This document shows, in pieces, positions 20,187 through 35,100 of a stretch of DNA of 64,000 nt. The position numbers were made by a program, and so were the translations under genes. Below the pieces are notes generated by a model. The model saw only the letters and a list, made by a program, of their open reading frames with translations. It did no database searches and had not been told where the DNA came from. The stretch comes from Haliotis rufescens (lineage: Eukaryota): assembly GCF_023055435.1 (NCBI RefSeq), contig NW_025963891.1, positions 15,252,001-15,316,000 on the forward strand, given 5' to 3'. Within the stretch, counting starts at the first letter, position 1. The number at the start of each line of letters is the position of its first letter.

Positions 20187-23100
20187 CTATGTTTGAAGCA
20201 GAAGAGCCACTCCTCCAAGGATCCACTTGCTGGCCTTCTCCTTGGTCTTCAGATTGAAGGTCCAGACAAATGTTGGACCACGTGATTTGGTCTTGTAGAC
20301 TGGACACTCATAGACGTTCCTTGTGTCTACTCTGTCTACAGGAATGGCTTTGATGAACATGACTGGCATGGCTGGAGCCAGTTCTTTGAGACGAGCCTCT
20401 GCTATCATACCAGTCTGTGTGTCCCATCGTGCCCCCTCCATGAAGAAGCCATGGACATAAGCACCTTCCCTCGGAGGCCCTGCCATGTCCTCACGTACCT
20501 TCTTTGTGACGTCACATTGCAAGAACATTCGGTCAAGAGGCCACTCATTCTTACGAGCCATCTGCTGCATGATGGCAGTCAGGAATGACTGTGGGTTGAA
20601 GAAGCCACCAAGCCAGACAGAGGCAGGCAGCTGGAAGTCTGAGCTCCAGGATTCCAGCTGCTTGACCCTCTGCAGCAGGTCAGCATACCACAAACCCAGG
20701 GTGAACAGTGATGGGTACGCACGTCTGGTCCAGGTTGCTGGCACCAGGTCCATGAACAGGGCATTACTTAAATCTTCCATGTCGGCTGTGATGGTCAGCT
20801 CACCCTGTAACACATAACCATGAAAACCTCAGTACAAGTTGCTGAATCGACGTCACTAGGATGTCAAAATGATAATTTACAAATTCCACAACCAAATGTC
20901 TGAATCTAAATTGATGTTGCACAGATAAAGCAAAAAAAGAAATTTGAACACAAGATGTCCTCTGTAAAGAAGAAGCCCTCACCTTGAGACCGAGGTCGAG
21001 TTCTTTGAGTGACCTCTTCATCTCGTTTGAAAGCATGTTCATTCTCTCACACTCTTGGAAGGCAACCACCACGTAGGGTGTTCTCTCCTCTGGAGGTACC
21101 TTGCCCATGATCTCTATCATGTTGAATTCATCGGGGAGTTTCTCAACGATCTCATCCAGAATTTGTTTCACCTAAAGCAATGAAAAGAAGGCATATAACA
21201 CATGTGGGGATTATGGGATCTCACAGGTAAAATATTAACTTAAAATTTAAGTGAAATATTCTTGAAACAAAACTTGGCAAAGAGAAAAATAGAAAAACAT
21301 TATTTGTATTTTATCGGATTTGTCTCTGCATCACAAAATCCACATTTTATTCATGAATTATTCTATCTTGTTCCCAGTTAAGATGTTCATCCCATCAGAT
21401 AATTAAATGAAGTAAGATATTAGCATATAAAAACTTTGTACCAAAATTCTATTACTTCAATTCCACATATTTTATAAGGAAAGTGCTTGGATCACTGTTG
21501 AAACATGCATGTGACAGAACATCATTCTAATGTGAGCTACATGTCCCTAACTTCTGACCAACAATCCACTCCTCTATTGTTCATTATATACTTATCTACA
21601 GCCAAACACCAATGGTTAGCCCAACTCAAACATCATATGTAACTTGTATCCAAGCTTTAATGTTACTGTAACTAATTGTTACGGAATTCAGAATGAAATA
21701 TTGACATTAACTAGTGATCTTTAGGCAGTCGATCATGCTGCCACTTAAACTGACGATACATATAACATGCAGGATAACTAAAGATCACAAGGGATCTTTC
21801 AGGAAATGCAGCTTGTAAGATATATTCTGGCCAGGAGAAAGTCCGTTTGCACAACTTCATTCTTAATGTATTTAATATCAAGTAAAGAAACCATCTTCAT
21901 TTCATCTGTTTAACCTTGCCTTCTTTTTAACATCCAAACAATTCAGTGAAGAAATATGTCTGACGTGATTGTTAATCCTTTCTGGATATCCCTATCAATT
22001 ACTGGGACAATAGTCAATTCTATTAAGTATAAATCTGCAGAATCCTTTGAGAGACAAGCTTTTTCCCTATGAGCATTTCCTAACCAATAATGATGGTCCT
22101 GAATTGCAGTTTTCCCCATCTTCACAGTGACATGCCACAACACAAGAAGCATTCTATAGACTTGAACAAGGACATAAAAAGGGAATTTCTGTGATCTACA
22201 CATATACTCATGCACTGTGATATACTGTGTCCAACACTAAAATGAATCACAGCTGGCATGAACTAGATCATATTTAACTTTTAAATGAAGAATCAATAAT
22301 GCATATGATTCGGTAGTAATGCTGTCAAATGTGAACAGGTATTTTAAGGTATGTGTGATTCTAGCCATTTAAATAAAAACATACCTCATTTCAATGCAAT
22401 GTGTCAAATATTAAAAAAATCATACTAAGACTCCGTGAAGTTTACTGACTCAACACTATTTCAAAACTTGCTTTGCAATCACACATACCTTTTATGCCTA
22501 TGGCACAACTATGAAACACATCTAAACAAGGGTTTGGTTCAGAGTGACCAGCATGGCATCTGTGTTACCTTCCATGCAATACTGTTTGATCTATGTGACA
22601 TAATCTCAGCATAAAACATTTGTCTAAAGATGTAACAAGTGGAACCTAACACTGACATGTAAAGTGTTCTTATGCAAATGATGCACAATGTGAAAACAGT
22701 CAAGTGTGTGCTAAATGCCTTTGGCATTCCCCCATACCAGTGGCGAATTAATTGCCATCTCTACACTCGGTTTTTGTCCAGACCCCTGAAAATAAGGAAG
22801 TGTCACAAAACTTGAATCAAAGTGTAAGGTTAGCTATACATCACAGGAGTGAGTGAGTGAGTTGGGTTTAACACCGCTTTTAACACTATTCCAGTTATAT
22901 CGCGGCGTGTCAGCTTAATGTGGGAGGAAAGCCCGAAGTGATGCAGGTCTCAGACGTTTACCACTTCGGTGAAACTCACGAGCACGGGTATGGTGCTGAC
23001 AAACCTAGAAACATAATCGGAGCGAACTGGGATTCGAACCCACAATCATAGGTTTCTGGCGTGCCCAAGGGACAACTCTGCACAGGGAATCGCGGCGCCT

Positions 23101-26100
23101 TAGACGACTGGGCCACCCGTGCCCCCATACATCACAGGAACTACAGTCAGTGTCAAGTATTTTATGACTGGCTGGTTGCGACAACTGGTACCTGATCATT
23201 CTAGAACATCAGTCCAACCAACTCATTGTTCACCAAAACTAGATGTACACATTACTTATAGACATCAACTGGTCAATCCTTCCGGGGCAGTGGGGTAGCC
23301 TGGTGGTTAAGGTGTTCGCTCATCATGCCGAAGGCCTGTGTTTGATTTCCCACATGGGTACAATGTGTGAAGCCAATTTCTGGTGCCCAACGCCGTGATA
23401 TTGCTGGAATATTGCTAAAAGCGGCGTAAAACCTTACCCCACTCACTCCTCCCACAGCTTCAGTGGTAGCAATGAGGGTCCAAAAGGTCTTGAGGTATTT
23501 ACCAATAACAACGTGGAAAAAAGAACCCTTTAAATTCCGCCCTAATTTCGAACACTAAAAATGGATAAAAACCGAAAACACTTCATTTAAGTATAAGTAA
23601 CCACGGTAGGATTGCATCCCCATACTGACCTTCTCCTCCCGGCTAACACCAGCCCCTGCTCCAGCACCAGCATCGCGAGGCTGCATCTCAAACACTGTAC
23701 GGAACAGATTCTCCGATGTCGTTGTCAAGAACTCAATCTCAGCATTGGGGTGGAGGCCGTACAGATAGGGGCTCTCTGGTGGCAGCACCTCATCAATGTA
23801 GGCGTGGTAACCCTTATAGTCGGAGTTGGATGGCACAGGAAAGCCTGGAGCCAGGTACAACTCTCCGTCAAGCTGGAAGAGACAAGACATGTTCACAGTC
23901 ACCATTCACACATATAACATTTACAGCTCCACCGTGGTTGTCAACCATACAAGAAAGCAATACATTTTTTTTAAGCGGCCATTTTATATGTTGTAAATTA
24001 CATCAGATACTTTCTAGGAATTGTAGTGTTAATCCCGTGAGAACACTTGAGAAAATGGTAAACCCGTGAAGATCTGGGTAAGAACAGGTCTTCAACAACC
24101 CCTGCTTGCCGTAAAAGGTTACTATGCTAGTCATAAGTGGCGACTAACGGGATCGGGTGGTCAGGCTCGCTGACTTGGTTGATGCATGTCATAGGTCCCA
24201 TTATCAGCTTCACTTCAAGTGAAACTACAGACAAAAGTGCACATTTCCAAAAGTGTCCACTATAATTGATAACAGAAGGAAATATCCCAGTATCAGATAT
24301 CAAGTAGTATATCTAAATGAATGACACTCTGCTTACCATCTCCGCATGCATGTACACCTCCAGGTACGTCTTACACAAGCGTCGGTCCCAGTCGTCTGTG
24401 ATGTGTCCTCCGTACATAATCTCTCCGAACAGGTACCTCAGATCTTCCCAAGGAACCTTGGCATTAGCCTCCAGATAGTTGTACAACACATTGACACTGA
24501 TGGTCAGATCACCAGTGTTGTAGGGGTACACCCTGTTCCATCCCTGGGGGCCGAACTTACGCCTCTCACACACTACTGCATGGAAATAGCAGAGAGAGAA
24601 GAGGATACTCTTAAACTCGGTCTCTCTGGCGCACATCTCTAGGGTATCCTGAAAATAGGTTGAAAGTTTTTCAAGACTTGCAGGTTACCTAACCTATTCC
24701 AAAGGTTAGTAAAACAAATACAAAAAGTTTTATTTATTTATGGCAGTATCAATTGATTTCTTGTTTCACTGATTTTTAATATGAGTTCGGAGGCAAAATA
24801 ATTAAAAATAAAAAAGATGTAAGGGTTGATTCAAGGTTTATTCCCCTCAAAAAGAAGAAAAAAGAAAACATTGTATGATATGCCTTTAAAAACAGAACTA
24901 AAAGACATGGAGAAGATAATAAACGTCAAGATTCAAAAAAGATTCCAGGCTCACCTGGTTAAAGTTGTCAAGAGCTTTGTGCAGATTGGCAAACATGCCA
25001 GTAGGGGGCTCATTTGTAATCTTGATAGCTGTCTCCAGGATTCCCTGAGGTATGATGTGTGACTCTGGGGTGCCGGAAGGCTCTGCACTGATGAAGACTC
25101 TGTATTCGGGACTGCTCTCCACTGAGTACTGCTCAAGCTTCTTCTCCAGACTAGGCAGCCATTTTGCCACAAGATGGACGTTCTGTAAAATGCAATCAAT
25201 CTCTGATGACACTATACAAGTAATCATTAATCTCCTTTGCTTAATAAACTTTGCTTTAATAATTATTAAAATAATTCGATTTCTTATGAGCTTTCTATAC
25301 ATTTCGAATGTAAATTACTTTACCTGCAACACGACCCAATGACCTTCTTTAGCTGCAAGATCCATAGCCTGCTCTGCAACAACCTCCTGACCTTGACCCA
25401 GGGAGATGTTATGGAAGTTATTATGATCCTCGCTCATGTTCATCTTTTTGCCGAGAGCTTCCACATCCTTCAGAGGATCCACACCAGGGGACAGGATGAA
25501 GAAGATGGGAGTACCAGGACCTGATTCCTCAAATGACTTGGCAAACTCCACACTACGACCCTCAGTGTACTTGGAGCCAAGTTTCTCCTCAATGAAGTTC
25601 CTTGATAAGATAGAAATGTTATTGCCTTAAATGCTAGTATAAGTGCTCTAGTTAATTTACATCAGGATATACAAGGGATGCAACATTTATCCTGAACCAT
25701 TAGAGGTTCCCTGCCTGAGGTTGAGGGTGGGTCTTGAAATAGCCACAAGGGGAAACAGTCAGCCAAACCAAGTCAACATAAGGATAGCCAAGCATAATGA
25801 AAAGAGTGAGTGAGAGAGTTTGGTTTTACGCCGCTTTTAGCAATATTCCAGCAATATCATGGCGGGGGACATCAGAAATTCAGCTTCACACATTGTACAC
25901 AGCGAACGCTTTAACCACTAGGCTACCCGACCGCCCTGATAATGAAAAGAAATCATATGCAAGCAAGACTACATACCTGACAGCATAGGACATTCTGTCT
26001 GGTCGCAGAGCTCTCATCATACACAGCTTCTGGAGAGATGTTTTGTTCTTCCACTCCTGGGGGAATTTCTCTTTCTCAGGACACTCACTCTCTACAAACT

Positions 26101-29100
26101 TCTTCCATCGTTTGGCCGAGCCTTCAATGTCTCTGTCCAGGTTACGGAATTCTTCCATATTGGCTAGAGCCTGAAAAAAACACAATTCAAGAAAACTGTA
26201 GCAAAAAGCAATGTCAGCCATTAAAATCAAAGTACACAAAGGACAATGTAAAATCAAACATCCCAACTGGTAACAGTAATAATTTGTTTGGGATCATAAC
26301 ATTGGTCCTCTGGCAGTTACATTTGAACAAAATGTGCAGGCTGGTCTTACAGTGTCGGTGTTCATGGACAGGTAAAACAACATACCTTGATGCCACCCCA
26401 GGAGTTGTTGTTCATGAAGTCAACCGGTGAAGTAAGATTAGGCACAGAAGGGAATCTCAAGAGGAAGTCCAGTTCCACTGGATTCAACTCTTGGTTCTTC
26501 AGCAAGATCTAAAAAACAGAGAGACACATGAGGTATAGCTTACTCCCAAATATATCAACACACAAGTTACAGCAAAAAACTGTATTATCACATAGCTTTA
26601 CTTATTTAGGTTTATGAATAACTCAGCCAACTTGATATTTACACATTCAGACATTTAAACAATGTGAAGATAGTTCTGGGTTTGTTTTTACCTGAAAAGC
26701 CATCTGTGTTGAGAAGATAAGTTTATCCTTCTCAAACAGACCCCTGGTGGTGTAGACAGAGACAGAGTAGCTGATACAGTCAATCAGGTTCAGAACTCTC
26801 TGTTTCACCTCCTCGGAGGGTTCTGCTCGGTCGATAGCCTTGTCGAACACGACACTAAATGCCTGAAAAAGAAAGTATCGTTTGCATTAACACAAATTCC
26901 TTTTTCAATCTCGACGATGAATGTTGCATGTGTAGTGGAACAGTTAGAATCACAATCTACAGGATTAATCTTCTACTCACCTTCAATGAGAACTGGTACA
27001 TGGGGTTGATCTTGTGCAGCTCATTCATGATGAAGTACAGGAGAGATGCTCTGGCAGCAGCAAGTCGGTAGTTCTCTCTGGCAGTGTTGATCTCCACTTC
27101 AGTCACTTTAGCCTGCTCGGCCTTCACTTCAATCTCAGCCGCAGTTCTCTTAGTGGTCTCCAGGTTCTCTACAAGTGCATAATCACCTAAAAAGTTCCCC
27201 TCAGCAGCAGAGAGCCTAGCCAGAAGGTTGTCTTCTAGCTCCTTCAGGGTGATCTTGAATTCGTTCTGCTGCCTTGTGAGGTCAGACTTCATTTTCTCCA
27301 GATCGGGTCGTTCCTTACTGACAACAGCCGCCAGCAACTGGTCCTCCAGACCATCAATGGTGACAGTGAAGTTGATGAGGGTGGTCTGGGCCTGCATCTC
27401 AGGCTTGTAGTGAGGATTTGCAAGCTTAGTCTGAAGAATCAGACGGAAGTCTTTGTGGTATTCCACCTCCTTGTCGCCCATTTTTATAGCACGACCCTTC
27501 TTGATAGTGTTTCTTCCAAGCAGTGCATCCAACACAGGATCCATACTCTCTCCGATGTTCTCAATGAGAACAGTATCACCAGACTGGACAGCATTCTCTA
27601 TGATATCAAGGTAGCCTTTGCCTCCAAGACGAACTGTCTTCAGGTTTGCACCATACTTGCTCTTGATCCACTTAATACCTTGCAACTGAGGATCAATCAT
27701 GAGGGGCCATCTTTCACACCTTGTGAGGATTGTGGCATTCTCTGTGGACATTCTGTCTCCAGGGAGGCCTTGGTTGTTCCAGGTAGCAACATCAGCATCA
27801 TCAATTAGCAGTGTCAGTGGGTCCAGACCCTCTGATGTAGGTACAGGATGCTTCAGGCCTTTCAAGAAGGGCAGCCAGTAGGTATCCATAAGATCTAGAC
27901 GGTAGGTCTTTGTGAAGCAACCAACGTAAGAAATGAAAGCTGTAATCAGCAGCACATCACCAGGCAAGCTCTTCTCCTGTTCCTTGAAGCTGTTGATGGA
28001 ATCTGCCCATCTCACATTCTCTGATGCAAGTCCACCCACCAATCTGTTGGCTAGTTCAATGGTCTTGGCTGTGGTTTCAGCCTCTTGCTGGCAGCGTAAT
28101 TTATCATTTGTGGCTTTTTCAAACTCAGCCTGACATTTTGCAAGTGTGGCTTCTAGATCTGATACCTTAGCCTTGATGCCTTTCAGTTTTTCACGAGCAG
28201 CAGACAGTTCGTCATTAGCTTGCTTCAATGCCATTCTCTTCGGCTCTACAGTACAGTAAACTTCATAATACCTGACAATGTTGATTGCCCATGAACAGAG
28301 ACCAGAGGCAGCGAAGGATTTGTTGCGGATGAATTCTGGGTCGAAATCCGGATCAGCAAGGTATGGTTGTACTGCCTTCAAGCATGGTTCGGGGATGTTG
28401 TCCTTGTCATAGTTGATAAGGTTCTCAAGGAACTGGTCAATCTGTAATTTGGGCATGAAAATAGGAAATTAGAAAGCCATCAACACTATCTTTAAATAAT
28501 GTTAACCATCTAGGAGTGGTTAAAAAGCTGCTGATGTTCAACATTAAAGAGATATGTATACACACATATTTTTATATATAACAGTTCAGCTATTAATAGG
28601 GCTGATCAGATATCAACAGGGCTGCTACTTATTATTGCAACATTACATTTCTCCAACTGTCAACATTTAGGAAATCACTTATGTTTTCTTAATATTTCAG
28701 AACATTGAATGCATAGTCACCTTCGCCATGATAGAACTCTTAGCTCCCTTCCAACTCTTGTCTTTGGGCACTTTACCACCTGGCGCCAGTAGACAACAAA
28801 CAGCAGCAGTAACATTCACAACAGCTGGTGGTGGCGTGCCAAAGGACTTCAATTCCGTCAAGTTGCCCTACAAAACACGGTAATAACAAATCAGGCTTCC
28901 ACCAGCTTCAAACAACAAACAAAAAACACTGGCTACAATCTACAATTAAAAAGTTGTTGTCAAAGGAAATATTCTTCAAAAACTAAATTGCAGCAGCTCA
29001 ATGTTACCTTGTTGAGTGTGTTGAGAGCCTCCTTGGCTGCCAACAGGGCAGGTTCAGCCTTGGCAAGATCGGTCTCACAATCCCTCTGTTTCTTCTCCAC

Positions 29101-32100
29101 TTCAATTGTGATCTGAGAAACCTTCTTCTCCTCTTCATCTGCAATAGTCTTCTCCTTTGTCACTTTCTCTGTCTCAGCACCAACAATCTGGATTAGTTTG
29201 TTAGCATCTTCATTCTTTTGGGCCAGCTCAACTTCTTGCGAAGCCAACTTGGACTTGAGGTCGTCCACCTTGGAAACAAACAGATTGTAAAGCAGTGCAC
29301 AGAAAATCAAATCAGTGTGATGCTTTTGTGTTCTAATAATGTTCTTTGATGTACTGATGACTTAATATTCTCAAATTTGTAAGCTAACATTCTTAACAAT
29401 TATAGACTTTGGTACAAAAATCAAACATTTCAGTATTTTAGAGAAAAAGACATAATGTATTCTGAATCACCTGTGATGCAGTGCTGCGAAGTTTTTCAAG
29501 ACCATTCTCGAGACGTATGATCTTAGCTTGAAGCTCTTGGTTCTTCATCTTCAGAAGGTTCTGGTACAGAACGATTTGCTCCAAAAAGGACTTGGGTGTA
29601 GTGTAGTTGTAACGCTTCTCATTGGTCAGATACTGAGCACTGATCTGATTTACCGACTTGTGTACATATGCCATGAATTCACTCACAGACCCTCTTGTAT
29701 CAAACTGAAAAAATGGAAAAGCAATTGTATTTAAAAGGATTTGTCTGATCGTCTATTCAGTCTTGATAAAGATGAACATGGCTCTTGAACAGTGAGCAAA
29801 TTGTCAGTTATATCACAGAGGCGATGGTGAAGAGCTTATGCAACAATCCACGTTGTTGTAATCTACAATCAGCGAAGGTCACAAATTAGAACCAATCAAT
29901 CCTCATTGGCCAGCTCTTACAGCAGGAGGTACAGGACCTATTCTGCCCTGCCCATAGGGAGTTTCAAGATGTAAATAAAAATATCACTTACATCCAAGCC
30001 CTCAGTGTCTTCTAAGAATCTGCCACTGACAGAAATAAGAGCCTCTTCAGGCCACTCATGGAACCAGTCAATGGATGTGCAGTTGACAACTGCTGGGAAT
30101 TTCCGTCCACGGACACGGAGTGTAGATCCCACTGGTGAGAAGCACAATACAACCTGGAAGCAATATCAAACAAATCTAGTAACATCATCATAATTGTGCA
30201 TCAATTGTAACTGATACCATTCTAAATGATATTTTGGATATAATTAGGATAAAAACAATGTAATTAAGACATTTAAGTTAACATATTTCAATACAATATA
30301 CCCATAGTTGTCAATATTTAGAAGGTAGCTTACCTTGAGGAGCCTGCGGACTCTGTCGATGAAAAATCTCCAGCAGTTTTCCCTGGTGTCTTCTAGACCC
30401 TGTCCTTTCACCTCATTTCTTACTCCACTGATCACTTCCTCAACTTCATCATCAGCAAACAGATCGGTAATCTCACCAGAAGCCAACAGATCGTTGATCA
30501 ACACCAAGAACCTCTCATCAGATACCTGGGCGTCAGTCATTAGGAACACCATTCCCATGCTCTTCAAGCCAGTTTTCTGGTACAGACCTGCCAAGTCCGC
30601 TTTCAGATCCAGAATACTGTAGCCTTTACGCAGTGTTATCTGGAAGACATCCAGACTGCTGATAAAAGCTGCTAGCCTAGACAATGACTGTTTGCCGCTA
30701 CCACCTACACCAATCAGCAAGGCGTTGCCACGAGGGGATTCAAGAATTCGGTTGATTCGACAGATATGACTCATGGCATCCTCAAACAAAACAAGGTTCA
30801 TGGCAGCATTGAGTTCATTGTAGTTATCCAGTGCCTCAGTCAGAAGCTTACTCAGATCAGGCCACGTGTCAATAGGCAAGTACTTGGGATCGCCAATACC
30901 TGAGGCAAAGTGGCAAAATATAAGAGGTTTTTTTAACACGACAGCCTCATCCAGGTCTTCGAAGTTCTTCTTGACCATATCCTTCAGAAGCTTGTCATAG
31001 CTTTCCATGTCGGCCTCATCCACAAGCTTGTCTCGGTACACTCTTTCCGCTTCATGTGACCAAAGACGAACCAAATCTGCTGGGGTCTTGGCACATTCTC
31101 CCATTGCAAACAGCATACCCTGTGAAAATACAATTTTGATCATAACTTTGGATGGAGCAAATATTTTAATATTATAAGCAAAAACATTTACTGGGAAAGA
31201 AACAAGCTTCTAAGGTATGGATTCAAATATTTTGCTTATAGCTCATTATAAGCACATATAATTATTCTCTGTATTAGATTCTATGTGAATCGCTTGTATA
31301 TTTTAACAACATGTATCGCTATCAAATAGATGTAAGGATCAGATTCTGCATGACTACCTGGAAGATGTTGGAGAGATCACGGAGATTGAAGATGTAGTGG
31401 AACTTGATAGCAGTGGGCAGGAAGGAGGTAGATATTTTCTGGTGGAGAGCCAGGGCTCCTGCAACCACGTTGGAGGCAAACTTCTGTACTGGGGCTAGGA
31501 AACTTCCATAAGCCAAATGCTGGGTCAAAATGCTGGTGTAGATGGTTGTGAGGGCATCATGGTTAGGGAAACTCATGGCAAACACACAGAAGTGGCGCTA
31601 AAAGAAAAAAAAGAAAGATGTTTCACAATAAATATCACCTGTGTAAAAGGAAAATCTGAAAGGTTTGGGCAAACATGATACAAATTCAAGAGGATGCCAT
31701 TCAATATCATCAAAACTAGTGCATGGGAGAAATCGGCAAGATAATAAATATTTCACCTGTAATTCTAGAGGATGCAAATTTGTATATCATCAAAACTACT
31801 GCATGGGAGAAGTTGGCAAGATAATAATATATTTCACCTGTAATTTAAGACGATGCAAATTCGTATATCATCAAAACTACTGCATGGGAGAAGTAGGCAA
31901 GATAATAATATATTTCACCTGTAATTCAAGAGGATGCAAATTTGTATATCATCAAAATTACTGCATGAGAGAAGTCGGCAAGATAATAAATATTTCACCT
32001 GTAGTCTGGAATCAATGGTAAAGCTACCAGCCGTGGGGTTCATGCAGGCCACATATTGGGTGTTGTGGATGTCCTTCAGTGATAGCTTGGTCCTGTCATA

Positions 32101-35100
32101 CCAATGACCATGATCAATGTGCTGACGGATGAGAGTGTGAGGCTGCACTGTGAAGTATTTGTCCACCTCAGGCATGTTCATGTCATCCACAAAGTAGACA
32201 AGACGTCTACTTCCTGGGGGACCGTAGTTGCGTCCAGCCTTCTTCTCTAGGGGTTTCTCCAGTACTCTCTGCAACATCTCGGAGGTGGTGTAGAAGTTGA
32301 AGGGGACATTTGCAACCATGAACTCATCTGACAATGTGTTGAGCTTGTCTCCCATCAACACAGTCTTTCCAGCACCAGCATTGCCCACCAACATGACTGG
32401 CCGACGGATGTCAACTAACATGTCCAGGAAGTACTTCACTCGGATTGTCTCTGAAGTGTACACCAAAGCAGCCTAGAAATGCAAAATAAACCAATAAGGC
32501 TAAAAAATATAATAGTCTTGGATCGCATCATCATAAAGTCCGCTTCACGTTTCATTTATATTTCCATTTTCAAAGAAAATTAAAAAATTGCATATTCCAT
32601 GTCTTGATCACACAACCACCGGCAGTGAAATACTACAATACTTAAGAACATGATCTGCCGAAATTATTGTAAACAAAATTTGGTTACATACTATCTTTAA
32701 CAACAACAACAACAAAAAAACACCACCTGTCCACACAGTATTTTCAAAAGCCATTGACTGATAACAAATTATTTTATTTTTTTAAGCCTTATACAACTGA
32801 CTTTCAGACATGAGCATGCCTATTCTGTATACTCTAATTCTTTTCAAAACCTGCTCCTAGACTGACAGAATCCTCTACAAGTTTAACTAGTTTCATATCA
32901 ATGCTGTGTAAAGATGCCGTATTCCAAAGAGTGTTACCTGCAATGGCAAATCAGGATCATATTCAAACTTGGGCACTCGCTTCGTCCATGTCTCAAACTT
33001 CTTGCTTTCGGGATCAATGTAGTAATCAAACACTGTTCCAGCTGAGGGGAATTTGATCGTTTTGAACTCTGTCACCCACCATTTTGTAAACTCCACACGA
33101 TGATCCACAAGCTGAAGAGGAAACACAAACATTAACACAGGATCCATATTGCTCAGTTGCAAGTTTTGACTGTTTACAACAAATAAATAATGCAATGACG
33201 AGAAAGTTCTGACATTACCTGATCCTGGAACATCGATCCACCGAAGGCCCAAACACAAGCAAAGACAAAGTACAGCTCATACAGTTCCTTTGGGCAGTCA
33301 GGCGGGGTGTTCTCCGGGGTCAGAAGGCACTCAAGCAGGAAGCACAACATTTGGATGTGGGAGATCTCAGCTATTGGGGTGATCTTCTTGAAGCGATGAC
33401 GCATTGTTTCTAGACAGCTAGGAACATACTTATCAAACAGTATGAGCAAGTTGGCCCTCTCCGACTGAACCTCACGGCTGTCAATCCAACTCTGGACGTA
33501 CGGGTTCCAGCCCAAGTCCTGAGGGTTGACAAACAGGATGCCAGCTCTAGACACAGTGGCAGGCGTGGCAGTCTTCAAGTGGCTGATCTCAAACAGCAGT
33601 CTCATAGAAGGGGTGAGAGGAATCCGCTCGTTACTGGCCAGTGTCAGCACCTTGTTGTCATCCATCACAGTATTGAGAGACTCGATCCACATAGGATCAA
33701 TGTCACCATCAAGAACAATCCACTTAGGGCCATCCCCACTCATGTTAGCCAGATCTCTCATGATCACAGAGAACAAGCCTAAAATGGAAAGGAAACAAAT
33801 TATAAGCGTAATCATAAGTTTTTATTAAGGCTAAAAAACAGATGTCTTGGTTCTCAGGAATTGCCTGCATCACCATAAAGTCTTCCACACATTTCGTCTT
33901 TATTTCCACATTCAAACAAATAAAAAAATCCGAACACTTAAAAACAATGCAATCCAATATAGTACACAGTTATTTCCCTTTACATGCACACTGCTTTACT
34001 GTGCATCTCGGGTTATGGAATTTGTATGCTTGTTTATATAGGGAGGCCCTTTCCAAGGTTGATGGTACACAACTGTTTATTTGGTTACATACTAGTTTGA
34101 ACAAGCAAAATAAATCAAATAAAACCACCTGTCTCACTATATTTTCAAAAGTCATTGCCTATGAACCAATTCTTTAATTTTTAAAGCCTAATGTTCCTTA
34201 ATCAATACAACAGGCACTGTCGTCACAAATTCAATAACTACTACAAACTTCAAATACCACCAAATGTTTCTGACCGAGCAAAATATATAAACAGAAGTCA
34301 AGATACAGCTTTAATCTACGTATGTCATATGAATGCAACTATTTTTATTAACCTACCATCTTTCCACTCTCTGGTCGAGGGGTTGATGACACCAAACAGT
34401 TCATCATTAGTGACAGCTTTAGGGTCCAGATCAATGGAGATAGGTTTCTTCCCAAGATTTTTGTATGTTCTCATAAGAGTGTTCCACACCTTGCTCTTGC
34501 CTGTGCCAGCATTACCCAACAGGAAGACAGAGTGACGCACCTCGAACAGCTCCTGGAGTTGTACCACCTTCAAAATGAAGTTGTCCTCTGCCTGTAGCTT
34601 CTGGTCTAGTGTTGCCTGCTTGATCTGCTTCTCAAAATCCATGTCACGTTTACGTGGCACATCCAGAGCTGGGAACAAGTCTCCGATGAGACCCATGAAT
34701 ACAGGCATGTCATCTGCAACAATCTTGGGGATGTTGAAATCACGCAATGCTCTCATCAACACCTGATCCTCAGGTCGGCCTCTGTCACTTCTCTTGAGTG
34801 AACCAGCCACGACCAACACTGACTTGATAGCACGCAGACCCCAATCGTAGTGATCCTGTTTGGACAACAGCTCCTTACACAGACTGTACAGAGTGATGAA
34901 CTTCCTGGCCAGCAAACGGGCATCCAAGAAACCCTCAGACACCAACATGATTTCACAAATCATCTCAAAGTCAGGAACCACCATAGCACAGGGTCTGTAG
35001 ACCAAATCCAAAAAAATTATAATTTCTAAAAGAATTGACCAAGTAATTATTCAAACACATTATTATCACAGATAAGAAATCAGTAAATTCTAGTAACTTG

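Noticed and set aside
20900-23600. Possible nested gene in the 2.4-kb dynein intron 44
   Set aside because: Only short AT-rich ORFs and SINEs, with no coding signal.
20485-34766. Many + strand ORFs overlapping dynein exons
   Set aside because: Antisense shadows of coding exons with no recognisable homology.
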